63,999 nucleotides of DNA, filler included, from Jimgerdemannia flammicorona (GCA_003990765.1; 3 parts of 3 records of this genome joined end to end with filler, not necessarily neighbours in it), one strand, 5' to 3'; counted from the whole stretch's first letter, positions 1 to 12,695 are shown. Numbers and translations are program-made. The notes: a model not told the origin generated them from the sequence alone.

Positions 1-38
1 AAAAAACTACTTAATATATATATATATATATATATATT

Positions 39-730
39 TATTATAAAATGAGTAGATAATAGAGGAAGAGTTTAGAGTGAGATGTGATACTATTACAGTA
101 GATATGAAGGTCAGTGGTAAGAAGTCAAGTAGTAGAAAATAGTAAGCTTATATAAATTTTCATGACAGAACAAGAAAGCAGAATAAAGTGTTTTCCAAAG
201 TAAGATATAATAGATCTACAACTCACCTATAGTACTACAGTATATAGTGGTCTTTATTCAAAATTGAGAACAAAGTTTGGGTAAACAAAGACATAGATCT
301 AACCCTGAAATTCCAGAATTGGAATAGTATATAAGTATCCAGACCTTGCCCCAATCCAAAACAAATGTCTGAATTGGACTTTGTCAATCTATATATATAA
401 CAGACTATTAAAAAACCCAATATAGAAACAATTGAGAAAAAGGTATCAGTCATGTGATCTAGTGTTACACAATCAGTAAACAATGCTAAAAATGGATCTA
501 GACTAATGATGAATATATATCAATATATGATTATCACTTATAGGTTTAAAACTCTAAAAATTATCAATACTTGAAGATACAGACATCAGGTCTAGAGTCT
601 TATGACCAAAGTAGAGTAGAGCCTCAGCACTGGAGCAAATGAAGTGAGTAGAGGTAGACAGGCATCATAGAGTATAGATATACAGGTGTTAGGCCTAGAG
701 CCTTATGCCAGAGGTTGTCTAGTAAATTTT
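39..730 (-). repeat. PLE 3' pseudo-LTR (~690 bp)
   Basis: 39-565 aligns directly with 3941-4471; 41-730 aligns in reverse complement with 4462-5152. Ends against (AT)12 at 14-37. Confidence 0.85.
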
Positions 731-739
731 TGCATTTTT

Positions 740-3700
740 AAACATCACATGGCACATATGAGCAGTGCAGTCTTCAAGAAGGACTTAGAGTAAAGCTGGT
801 ATTTAAGACAGTATTAAGAACAGTAAAACCATTCTTTTGGATAATAATTGGTCATCATATAGTTACAGAGAAACCAAAATGAAGCAAAGCAGTACATAGA
901 GTCTTATCAGGCTATTAATGTAGCCATCAGGCCATATTGTATTGAATGACAAGCAATGGGAGAGGAAAAGCAGAGTAGGGAATAGAGAGGTGGGAAATAA
1001 GGAGAGGGGTGAGAAGTGAAGTTTAAATCTCAAGCCAATCAACCAAACTCAATTGAGTGGTTACAACATCAACAGAATATTCTTTCCTGTAAACCAGAAA
1101 CTCAGTCAGAGACTGATACTCATTAAGCCAATTATAGCGAGATGAGCAGAGTAGCAATAGGCAGTGAGCCTCATTTATAATATATAGATAGAGTGTCTTC
1201 CTAGAATGATTACTCAACCAGTCAACAAACTGAGTACTATGTAGGAACTTAGCAAAACAGCTCATGTGGAATAGTACAACTCAGATTTCCAGGTCTAAGT
1301 AATGGTATGGTCTGGCAGACAAGACTTCCTATTCAATATGATAATGTGGGAGATATATGATATCAAAAATCATAGCCAAGTCTATGATTATGGATGTAAA
1401 GACAATCAAGTCATCAATATACTAGTGGAACTTTAGCCCAGCTATAATGGCTTGACTTAGTGGATGGTTAGGTAATTGCAAGGTATATAACTCATGAGCA
1501 AAGTCAATGAGATTGATGAGATCTGGGGCACAATTTGTCCTCATAGCAATACTAAATACAGAGCAGAAGGAATTGATGGTGGATGTGAACATCATATGAG
1601 TCATAACTATGTAGATAAGACTGAGAATGACATCAAGCAACAAAGAGCCAGAGGAGAAAGCCACAGTCAACAGAAAAGTGAAATAATCAATACACTCATC
1701 TAGTGTGATTCTGGTATAGAATGCAGCAAAATCTCCAGTAGTGATATAGGAACAATCTGATATATTTAGGTAATCTGATCAAACTAATTGTAAAAGTTTG
1801 AGTATATTACATAGAGATGAATAGCATGAATAACCCACATTAAGGCACAGATAGGCCAACTACAGGCAGAGAAAGTAAAATAGAAAATATAAAATCTTGA
1901 TTGTGAGAGAGTTAAAAGCACTAATAATAGGGCATCATGCTACTCATACCTCTTTGTATATCTTGGACAGTGTGTGAAATATGGGTAACTTGCAATCGTT
2001 GGGCTCTATGAAGTGTTCCCAAATTGGTATATAATTCTTATCACTGATACAGAACTTGAGTAGACCAAGAAGGTCTAATCTCACTGATTCCTTAATATCA
2101 TTAATCATAGAGAAATCATTTATATATACAGGATCATAAAGGAGAGACTAAAGATTATTGAGATATAGAGTATGTAGAATTACAGCAAACCTCAGATTTT
2201 TGTTAGTAAGACAGATAGTAAAGTCATCATAAGTATAGATATCTTTGAGAAGGTATCAGAACTTCTTCAGTACAAGTACACTAGACACATTCATCATGGA
2301 TTGGACAGCTTGATTTAGAGTAGTACTCATATAAAGCATAATTTATATATATTTTTATATAGTATAGCAGTCACCATTTTGATGGTACCCAAGCAGAGAT
2401 CTTCAGAATATTGTTGAGATTATCCTTAGAGGTCCAGAAGGTGGTAAGGTCAAGATGCTGTTGAAATAACAATAATGAAATTGGATCAATAGTACTGTTC
2501 ATTGATGCCAACCTAGGGAGAACAAACTTAGGGCCAAAATTCAGCATATATATGAGCTCAGGAGTAAGCCAAGGTGGAGATATATTCATAATAAAGCTCT
2601 CCTCAGTAAACATCTGAAACGGAGAGATGAAAAACTAACTTAAGCAGAAACTGGAAAAAGAAGACACAAAGGCAAAATTCTGAATTGGTGTCAAGGCCAC
2701 TACCCTATGTGGAATAGGGACATTGAGTCCAAACCACACTGCCAAGAAGTCATATAAGACTTCTGGGCTGGGGACCTCTAGTTTTTTTAAGCTAGAGGAC
2801 AGATATTACTGGTATTGTACCAGATTATATGACATTTGGCAGTAGTACACTTGTTGTATTATAGTACAAATGCCCTAGCAGTGTTCTTAGATAAGTGGCT
2901 CAAAGTCAATGAGCAGCTGGTTTCAGAAGAAGTAGAAGAAATAGATGGAGAAGGCAAGACCTTACATGCTCACTTGACCTCTTTTACAGAACTCTCTGAT
3001 ATGGTGGGGAATAGAGGGCAAGGACCTCAGTGGGTCTTTGTAGGCATACCAAAGCATCCAGAACAGCTATGGCAGTTTGGTATAGTAGAGATCAAAGTTA
3101 TACTCACTTCCTTAGCCTTTCCTACAGCATCTGTAGGCACAGTGGTAGAGGGTTGGAGAGTGGGGACACTCTTTTTCAGTCAGATGAAACTGACAGCAGC
3201 AGAAGCAAATGTATATTTAGTATCCAAAGTAATGATCTTGGGGTACTTCTCAAGCTCCTCAGCAATAGCTTTGTGGGCAGTAGCAGAAATTCCATCTTGC
3301 AGAGATGAGGATGTAGGAACAGTCAGGCAGACTGTAACAGCAGTGGCTTTGGTAGTAGTGGTGGCAATATGGTAAGATTGACATATAATAATATCATAAT
3401 CTCAGAGGAGGAACAAAGTAACTTTTGCTCATTTAGAGGTAGATATAATGTAAAAATTCTTACACAATCCTTGAGTAATATCTGCAGGAAGCCTAAAGAA
3501 ATCTAGAGTATCAGATGAGACACTCATGGTTTTGTCAATTTTAGCATACTAATCCTTAGCATGCTGGATAGTAGTGATGTTATTATTCATAGCAGTCTCA
3601 ACTGCAACCATGGCATGGTGCTTAGCTTCTACTGAAGCAATAGTAAGGGTGATACCATGCTGATCCTCAGATAGGAGAGTGATTATAGCAGCTATCTTCT

Positions 3701-3923
3701 TAGAAGGAGTAAACTTTCAGTCAGTAACCTGGGCTCATAGAAAGTTGATATGGTGTTCCTTTGCAGCAGTAATCTCAAGGGCAGAAAGTACTCCAGTACA
3801 AGTAGCACAGAAGAAAGCAGAGACCTCAGCAGATGTAATAGTAACATAGGTAGCCAGGTTGTCAACCTCTGCCAAATTGGCAAAGGAAGTAGTGGAGACA
3901 ATAGTATTACCATCTATATTCAT
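740..3923 (-). pseudogene. PLE coding region: N-terminal helical region plus reverse transcriptase, disrupted by many stops
   Basis: ORF fragments 3735-3923, 2371-2613, 1422-1670 and 1023-1265 plus manual translation. Stops are mostly TGA/TAG/TAA derivable by C>T or G>A changes. Confidence 0.8.
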
Positions 3924-3940
3924 ATTATCTGTTATGTTAT

Positions 3941-4471
3941 ATATTATAAAATGAGTAGGTAATAGAGGAAGAGTTTAGAGTAAGATATAATACTATTATG
4001 GTGGATATGAAGGTTGGCAGTAAGGGGTCAAGCAGTAGAAAATGATAAACTTATATGAATTTTCATAATAGAATAAGGAAGTAGAATAAAGTATTTTCTG
4101 AAGCAAGGTGCAATAGATCTGCAATCCACCTATAGTACCACAGTATATAGTAGTCTTTATTCAAAATTGAGAACAAAGTTTGGGTAAACAAAGACACAGA
4201 TCTAATTATAGAATTCTGGAATTAGAACAGTACATAAGTATCCAGACCTTGCTCTGATTCAAAGCAAATATCCAAATCAGGCTTCATTGATCTATATATA
4301 TAATAGACCATTAAAAATCCCAATATAGAAACAATTAGGAAAAAGGTACCAGTCACATGATCTAGTGTTACACAATTAATAAACAATGCTAAAAACAGAT
4401 CTAGACTAATGATGAATATATGTCAATATGTAATTGTCACTTATAGGTTTAAAAATATAAAAAATTATTAG
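3941..4471 (-). repeat. PLE 5' pseudo-LTR (truncated, ~530 bp)
   Basis: Direct copy of 39-565; differences in the aligned stretch are transitions. Confidence 0.85.
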
Positions 4472-6610
4472 ATAATCTCTAGTATGAGACTCTAGGCCTA
4501 ATGCCTGTATATCTATGCTCTGTGACACCTGTCTATCTCTGCTTGCTTCACTCACTCTGGTGCTGAGGCTTGACTCTACTTCAGTTGCAAGGCTCTAGGC
4601 CTAATGTTTGTACCTTTGGATGCTAACAATTTTTAGGTTTTTATATAAATCTATAAGTAATAATCACATATTGACATATATTCATCATTAGTCTAGATCT
4701 GTTTTTAGTATTGTTTACTGATTGTGTAATACTAGATTACATGACTGGTATCTTTTTTCTGATCATTTCTATATTGGGTTTTTTAATGGCCTGTCACATG
4801 TATAGATCAACAAAGCCTGATTCAGATATTTGTTTTGGATTGGGGCAAGGTCTTGGATACTTATACACTGTTTCAATTCTGGAATTCTGGGGTTAGATTC
4901 ATGTCTTTGTTTATCTAAACTTTGTTCTCAATTTTGAATAAAGACCACCATATACTATAGTACTATAGGCAGATTACAGATCTATTATACCTTACTTTGG
5001 AAAACACTTTATTCTACTTTCTTGTTCCATCATGAAAATTCACATAAGCTTACTATTTTCTACTGCTTGACCCCTTATCACTAACCTTCATATCTGTCAT
5101 AATAGTATTATATCTCACTCTAAACTCTTCCTCTATTATCTACTTATTTTATAATATACAACAAGACAGATAATATAAATATAGATGGTGATGCTGCTGT
5201 CCCCACTGCTTCCTTTGTCAATTTGGTAGAGTTCAATAATCTGGCTATCTATATTGCTACTATGTCTGCTGAGGTCCTTGCTTTCTTCTATACTACTTGC
5301 ACCAGAGTGCTTTCTGCCCTTGAGGTTGCCACTGCTATGCCAACTTTCTATGAGCCCAGATTACTGACTGAAAGTTTACTCCTTCTAAGAAGATAGCTAC
5401 TACAATCACTCTTCTACCTGAGGATCAGTATGGTGCCACTCTTACTACTACTTCAGCAGAAGCTAAGTGCCATGCCATGGCCATAGTTGAGGCTGCTATA
5501 AATAATAACATTGCTATCACCCAGTATATTAAGAACTAGCATACTAAAATTGATAAGATCATGAGTATCTTATCTGATGTCCTAGATTTCTTTGGGCTTC
5601 CTGCAGATATCACTCAAGGATTATGTAAGAATATTTACACCATATTTACCTCTGAATAAGCAAAAGTTACTTTGTTTCTCCTCTAAGATTATAATGTTAT
5701 TATATGTCAATCATACTGTCTTGCTGCTGCCACTATTGCCAAAGCCACTGCTATTGCAGTCTGTCTGACTATCTCTGTGTCCTTATCCCTGCAAGATAGG
5801 ATTTCTGCTATTATCCACAAAGCCATTGCTGAGGAGCTTGAGAAGTGCTCCAAGGTCATTACTTTGGGTGCTAAATGTACATTTGCTTCCACTGCTGCTG
5901 GTTCTGCCTACCTGAAAAAAGAGTGTCCCCACTCTCCAACCCTCTACTATCATGCCTGCAGGTGCCACAGGAAAGGCTAAGAAAGTGAGTGCAACTTTGG
6001 TCTCTACTATACTGAACTGCTGTAGCTGTTCTGGATGTCTTGGTATGCCTACAAAGGCCCACTGAGGTCCTTGTCCCCTATCCTCTACTATGTCAGAGAG
6101 TTCTATAAAAGAGGTCAAGTGAGCATATAAGGCCTCACCTTTTCCATTCATTTCTTCTACTTCTTCTGGGACCAGCCACTTATCAACTTCAAGCCACTTG
6201 TCTAAGAGCACCACTAGAGCATTTGTGACACAATGCAATAAGTATACTACCACCAAACATCATATCATCTAGCACAATGCTGATGATATCTGTCCTCTAG
6301 CTTCAAAAAACTAGAGGTCTCCAGCCTGGAAGTCTTATATGACTTTCTGGCAGCATGGTTTGGCCCTGATGTCTCCATTCTATATAGAATAGCAGTCTTG
6401 ACACTAATTCAGGATTTTGCCTTTGTATCTTCTCTTCCTAGTTCTTGCTTAAGTTAGTTTTTCATCTCTCAGTTTTGGATGTTTACCAAGAAGAGTTTTA
6501 TTATAGATATATCTCCACCTTAGCTTATCTCTGAGCTTACATATATGCTGAATTTTGGCCCTAAGTTTGTTCTCTCCAGGTTGGCATCAATGAACAGTAC
6601 TATTGACCCA
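4462..6610 (+). mobile_element. Inverted partial PLE copy (full pLTR plus 5' part of ORF), head-to-head with the first copy
   Basis: 4623-6610 is the reverse complement of ~2482-4471; ORF track pairs 2836-3375(+)/5783-6256(-) and 235-483(-)/4711-4896(+). Ends just after the LNFGPKFV motif, where LINE sequence begins. Confidence 0.85.
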
Positions 6611-6611
6611 G

Positions 6612-6892
6612 ATCTCTCTCCACTATATTTCATGTTACACACATTTTACAAACACACTTTCGAATCATTTATTGGAGAAAGATATTAAGAAGATGTCAAG
6701 CAGCAAGCAAGCCAACACATGTACTAGGTCGGGTGGACCTGGGGCTTTCGACTGGTAGCATGTTGGGAGGGGGCATGGGCTGGGGATGGGGTCTTTCAGT
6801 GGCTCGAGGGACTGGGCAGCTCGGGTAGTGGAGGCAGCACTGGTGGGGGAGCTGGAGGGCAGCAGGGGAGGAGCTTTGCAGACATACTGAGG
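6612..6892 (+). mobile_element. 5' fragment (5'UTR plus ORF1 start) of subfamily-A LINE
   Basis: Aligns with 37036-37316 (atctctctccacta...atgtcaagcagcaagcaag...ggagctttgcagacatactgagg). Confidence 0.8.
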
Positions 6893-6979
6893 ACTCGACT
6901 CTTTCACCAGTAATATTCAGGTGACACAAGACTCAGACAACACTTTTTACTATATTTTTAGTATCCAGTGACTATCAAC

Positions 6980-8895
6980 ATGGATGGCAATGATCGAACT
7001 GGTGAGTATACTAGTCAGGGGGGTGACAGCACCTTTGGCTGACAGTAGGTGGGGAGGAGGAGAGATGGTTTGAGAATGCTGGGGGCCTCGAGAGCTAGCC
7101 AAGGCCCTGGTGGTGGAGGGAGGGGCAGGCTAAAGTAGAGAGAAGGGGAGAGGTCGACCTTCACTGATAAGGTCAGAATGAGAAAGATGGCCCCAGGCCT
7201 TGATGGTTGGCTGGGCCTGAGGATGGTGTCAACGGCTGCTGCTGGGGGACAGGGAGGTGTACCCAGGGGAGTCTCAGGTGGCAGGAGAGGAGCGGGAGTA
7301 GGGGCTGGAGATGTGACTGTTGATGGGGCTGTGACTGGGGGTCTGGCAAAAAATCCAGATGTGATGGTGATTGGCAATTCAGGACTGGGAGTGGGCACGA
7401 GGCCCGGGGACCTGGCAGATGGGGTGATGGGCATGGTGTCGGCCCCATTACTCAAGAAGTTGAGGTCAGAATTCGCAGTCACAATGTGCTTCAGGGGCTT
7501 GGCAGTGATGGCAAGGATGATTTTAGGGCTGGTGGTACAGAAGGCTAAGGGAGCAGTGTCAGTGAAGTTTTTGAGGGGAAAGGAAGGGGTTGAGGTGGAG
7601 TTTGAGGAGGAAGACACCTTATTGGCAGCCATGGAGAAGGGGGTGATGATTGGCGGGGTTGTGGTCCCTATGGCCTAGTGCATGTGCTGGGACCCCAGAG
7701 TGGTACAGTTGATGGTGTTGGACCTCCCTACTGTGTCAAAGAAAAGGACCAGAGAGTTGGTTGTGGAGGCGATCAAGGAGTATGGCAAGATTGTAGATGT
7801 TGGATTCAAGGTCTGAGAGGGCATAGAGCTTAGAACTGGCAATGTCAATGTCAGGGTGAGGCTGGCTGGGAAGGAGAATATAGGGAAGTTGAGAGACTGG
7901 CCAGCAACACTGAGGTGGAGATTGGTAGAGTGTAAGGTCACAAGGGTGAAGGGGACTCAAGAGGAGAAGAAGGACCTATTGGAGGCTCTGGAGGACCTGG
8001 AAGGGGCAGTTGCAAGGAGGAGATTGGTCTGGAAGAAGTTTGAGGCCAGGATGGTGGTGGGGGAGATAGATGGGAAGAGGGTCCAGATGGAGAAGGGGGC
8101 CTGGGAGAAGATGCAGGAGAGGAGGATCCAGAAGGAGCTGTTAGCGAAGTTGGGTGGGGGTAGGGCTGGTGGAAGCTCAGGGGAGGGAGTTGCAGGGTTG
8201 CAGGAGAGCACCTGGGCTGAGAGAAAGAGATGGCCCAGGGCAGGGCTCAGATTGGAGTAGGGGAGGGGAGAGAGGGCAATTTGGAGGCAGATGCCAAAAT
8301 GGGTGAGGGTGTGCACCCTCAGTATAGTGTTCCGGATGGGGCAGAGGGGGAGGAGGAGCTGATGGATGTGCCGGATGAGGAGTGGGATGAGTCAGTGAGG
8401 AGGAGCATGCTGGTGGACCCCAAGGTGGATGGGAGACAAATCACTCAGGGGGCAGCAGAGGTGGTAGATGAGGAGAAGTGGATGTGAAAGACCCTGGAAG
8501 GGGTAGTGGCTGAAGAGCTGGGGGGTGAGGACTTCAGGGTGATGGAGGAGAAGTATTGGGAGGAGATCCTATAGAGGGAGGAGGTGCCGAGGAAGATGAG
8601 GAATGAGATCCTGGCTATCCTCCTGGAGTCAGTTGAATATCAAGTTGATGATCAGCGAGAGGGAGAGCTTAGGAGAATTGTGAGTGACAGGGCACTTTTC
8701 TTGTGGAATTCAAGGAAGGGACTAGAGAAGTGGTGTGCAGTCTGCTTGGACTACTGGGTGGATATGGAGGAAGTGGACAGGGTGGAATGTCAGGAAATCT
8801 TGGGGGCACTGGATGCTCAGAATAATGCAGAGGGTGACTTAGAAGCTGAGTGGCGCTTGAATCTGGCAGGGGATGAGATGAGCATAGAATTATAG
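6980..8895 (+). pseudogene. LINE ORF1 (RRM-like core), interrupted
   Basis: Fragments 7178-7678, 7856-8260, 8230-8487 and 8584-8895 are homologous to intact ORF1 at 37116-39149. Confidence 0.8.
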
Positions 8896-8926
8896 GTTGG
8901 GGTCTCTATTGCAACATCTCTTCAAT

Positions 8927-11900
8927 ATGAACAGTACAACTAGGATATTCTCATTGAACATTAATGGGTTACGGGGGGTAGCTAGGAGGAAGTATATATT
9001 TGATTGGCTTAAGGGACTGGATGTGGACCTCTTCTTGTTGCAGGATGTTCATTATGAGGCAGATGTGGACTTACAGGATTGAACTAAGGAATGGGGGAGT
9101 GCAGTAGTTTGGAGGGGGAAAGTGTGTATTCTTATTTGGAAAGGGATGGGGGACATTGGGGACATTGGACATTGGGGGTCTCGGGTGGTGTAGAGAGTGT
9201 GGAAGAGGCCTAGATAGGGCTCACTGATGGTTGGGTCCTATTACTGCCCAGCTGAGAGAGGGGAGAGGGTGGAATGGATTTGCAGATTGAAAGAGGCTGG
9301 TGTATTGGGAGAAGTTGGGTTAGACTGTATGGGGGGTGACTTCAACATGGTATGGGATAAGGAGTTGGACAGAACTGATGGAGGGAGAGGCATACAGGGT
9401 GAAAGCAGTGGATTGGGTGACTGGTTGGAGACAGAGAGATTGTGTTCTCTAGTGGACTCAGGAAGACACTTTTGGGCTGATCAGTGGGTGTACACCCACT
9501 AGGCAGCAGGACTGGACTCCAGGATTGACTGGGTTCTAACAGCAGAGTGTTGGGGAGCAGATGTCTGGTCAGTGGTCTGATCACTGGGGGCTGCTTGGAG
9601 GGGAGAGGTTTGGGGGAAATGAGGATGGGCCTGGATATTGGCAGCTAAATTCTTCCTTGTTGGAGGATAGGGTGTTGTGGGAGGGATGGAAAACAGAGGT
9701 GGTTGGAAATATCAGCAGGTGGCAGGAACAAGGCCTGGGGATTGGGGACCACTAGAGAAGGCTGAAGGTGAAGGCTCAGAGGTATTAGAGGGAAGCAGAG
9801 AGAGGAAGGAATGCCCAGCGAAGGTGGTGGGTGCTGTGGGCCTCGCGGCATCTGGCAGCACTCATGGAGAGGTGAGCAGAGGTGCTGGAGGATGGGGCCA
9901 TGACTGATTGGCATATTGCGAGAATCTGGCAGGAGGTAGAGGAGCTCAAAGGGGTGCTATAGAGAGAGGAGGAGGAGTAGTTGCAGAGAATGGTGGTCCA
10001 CCTGCAGTGGCAGGGGCTTGAGGAGGGGGAGAGGTCTACCAGGTTCTTGTCATGGTTGTTACAAGCATGACGAATGAGGCAGTGGTGGGAGGGAGTTTTG
10101 GATGAGAATGGCGAGCTGGTGGTAGAGACTCCGGCAATTCTGGGCCTATTGCGAACCCAGTGGGGGAATCTTTAGAGTGAGGAGGAAGGGAGATTAGATG
10201 CTCTAGACATTGAAAGGCAGCTGGGGGATTGGCACCTGGACTCTGTGATGGGACTTGGGGTATTGGGGGACCCAGTGAGTAGCAAGGAAATTTGCAGGGT
10301 AGTGGCCTCAATAAGTAAGGAGACAGCCCTGGAAGAGGATGGGCTTCTCTGGGATTTTTGGCAGAAGATGACCGGGGTGGGTGAGGTGCTAGAGGAAATG
10401 ACTGCTATGTGTGATGGAGTTCTTCAGTCTGGTGCCTGGATTGGGGGACAGTGCTTAGGGCTAGTCTCCTTGCTCTATAAGAACAAGGGTAGGTGAGAGG
10501 ATTGGAAGAACTGGCGGCCAATTATGCTTCTCGACATGGACCGCAAACTGGTGATGAAAATCTTGGTGATGAGGTTGCAAGGAATCACTCAGCAGGTGCT
10601 TGGTATGGAGCAACATGGGTTTGTCAGTGGTCAGTTGATTCAAGATGGGACAGCCTGGGTTCATGGAGTGATTGAAGGTGCCTGAGCAATAGGGGTGGAT
10701 GGCAGATTGGTGTTTCTGGACCAAGAGAAGGCTTATGATAGAGTGTGGAGAATATGGCTGGAGGGAGTACTGAAGCAGATTGGTATCCCCCCAGGGTTCT
10801 GAGGATCATTAATCAGCCTCTTGGAGGACAGTCAGGCAGCATTAGTCATCAATGACCACAGGGAAGTGACCTTTCCCCTGGGATGTGGGGTACCACAAGG
10901 GGACTCCTTGTCACCCATATTGTATGCCCTTTCCCTGGAGCTACTACTGGACAGGATTCAGCATAAGATTGGAGGTTTGGATATTTTAGGGGTAGACTGG
11001 AAGGTAGGGGCCTTTGCTGATGATATGGTGGTCGGGCTGAACTCCTTGGGGGATGTGAGAGAGTTACAGAGGACTGTGGAATTGTATGAGCGGGGTTCTG
11101 GTGCTAAACTAAACTGGCACAAATGCAAGATACTGGTGCTGGATGCTGGAATTGTTGGTGGCGATGTTATTGGGACAGTGGTACTGGCTGGTGAACCAGT
11201 ATGCTACTTGGGGATCTACTTTTTGGTGTTCAGATCTCTTCTTTCCCAGGCATGGTGGGACTGTAAACTTCTGGAGTGGGGTAATATTTTGCTGTGATGG
11301 AGAGGCTGGCATATGTCCCTTACCAGAAGGGTGATGGTGTTAAATGTGTACTGGATGCCAAAGCTGTGGTATGTTGGATATCATTTGGACTTCCCAATCT
11401 GGGTGGTCAAGGGGTTATTGAAGATGGCAAGGTCATGGATCTGGGGAGGGCAGTGAAGCCAGGTTGGTTGGGAGGTGCTCACACTGCCCTTGGAAAGAGG
11501 TGGGCTGGGCCTAGTAGACTTTACTAAGTAGCTTCTATGTCTGAGAGCCTGGTGGCTGTGAAGGGCAAGCAAGCTCAGGGGTCAGGAGTGGGTACCACTC
11601 ATGCAGAGGTTGTGGGAGGTTCAGTACTCCCCATGTGGTGGCTCCAGTGACCTGCTTGTGATGGTGGCCATGGAAGAGAGCAGGAGGATGCGGTTTATGG
11701 ACTTTTGGTGGGGGGTAGTGGATAGTGCTAAGAAAATTGGACTTCGGTGATGAGGTGATGAAGCCAAGGAGGTTTGGGGACTGCAGATGTGGCAGTGGGA
11801 CAGGCTTCTATTGGGTGGGGTTCTGGTGGAGAACTTTCAGCTTGGCAAGGGTCTGGAGTATCTATGAGGCCTAGGTGGAGACCTGTAGCCAGAAGCCTGG

Positions 11901-12565
11901 CAGAGGGTTGGAATTGGAGAGAAGTGGGATTGGAATGGACTCTGGCTTTGGAGCAAATGGGTGTGGCAGTGGCTGCCCCCCAAGTTCTGAGTAGTGTGGT
12001 GGTAGGTCCTATGGCAGAATGTGATATTGAACTATCAGTCTGGACACTTGGTGGATGGTGGGGTATTTGAGTGCAAGGATTGTTTCAATGTTGGTCAGGA
12101 GGGAGGAGTGGTACAAATATCTGAACATTGGCTTAGTGAATGTGAGGTTTTGGGGGAGTTTTGGAGATGTATTATAGATAGGATAGGGCTGGGTGCCGTG
12201 GAGGGAGAGGGAGGGGGGAGATGGGGAGAGCTTCACTGGCAACTAGTGGGTGGGGTTGGGGACGAATGGCTGACCCTTGATTGGGCTTTGGCTATGTGGG
12301 TTGGGTTGACTGGGCATTGGTTCATGTCTTTGAGAAAGGGTGTCAGGTTGGGGTTGGTGACAAGATGGCCTGGTGGGAATGGTTGCTGTTGGACATTTTG
12401 AATAGCTGGTGGTGAGGTTGGGGGATGGGTGGGAGGTACCGCAGGGGTCTAGTGCAGTATATCTCTCAGAAGAGTGATGGGAGGGTTCAGGTAGTGGGTA
12501 ATTGGGTAGTGCTTGGGCAGGGAGAGGTTGAGGGGGAGGGGTTGGGCCCCCGGGGCATTGGTTGA
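8927..12565 (+). pseudogene. LINE ORF2 (APE endonuclease, RT, C-terminal Cys motif), interrupted
   Basis: SLNINGLR..FLLQDVH, GGDFN, SDHW, QGDSLSPILY, FADD and CKDC..EH..SEC motifs. Confidence 0.9.
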
Positions 12566-12629
12566 GGGTGGGGGTGACATTGTATTGTTAACACTATAGA
12601 CTTTAGTAATAAAGGGCAGTCCAAGAGAC

Positions 12630-12695
<66 letters not shown>

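Larger units (their letters stand above)
39..4471 (-). mobile_element. Penelope-like retroelement (PLE), degenerate, with direct pseudo-LTRs; no GIY-YIG endonuclease detected
   Basis: Minus-strand translation gives PLE RT motifs in order: LNFGPKFV (~2525-2545), TNKNLR (=DKNLG, ~2190-2207), PIFHTLSKIYKE..CPIISAFNS (=LPKIHK..RPII, ~1910-1990), TGDFAAFYT (~1712-1740), IAMRTNCAPDLINL (~1510-1550), YIDD (1410-1421), then a thumb-like SNHS..LLLLCSS region. Flanked by direct repeats 39-565 and 3941-4471. Confidence 0.85.
6900..12693 (+). mobile_element. Full-length L1/Tx1-type LINE, subfamily B, degenerate
   Basis: 5' end (ctttcaccagtaatattcaggtgacacaagactcagacaacacttttt) matches the reverse complement of 60724-60770. 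Contains ORF1, ORF2, AATAAA at 12608-12613 and poly(A) at 12633-12693. Confidence 0.92.

Noticed and set aside
299..306. Telomeric repeat TAACCCT in the pLTR
   Set aside because: Single unit only, expected by chance.
495..560. Hammerhead ribozyme in the PLE pseudo-LTR, expected for many PLEs
   Set aside because: All three copies read CTAATGA rather than CTGATGA, and no convincing GAAA with stems was found. It could be erased by mutation; a consensus-based Infernal search is needed.
2836..3375. 179-aa plus-strand ORF (and its inverted twin 5783-6256)
   Set aside because: Antisense shadow of the PLE coding strand; the twin reflects the inverted duplication.
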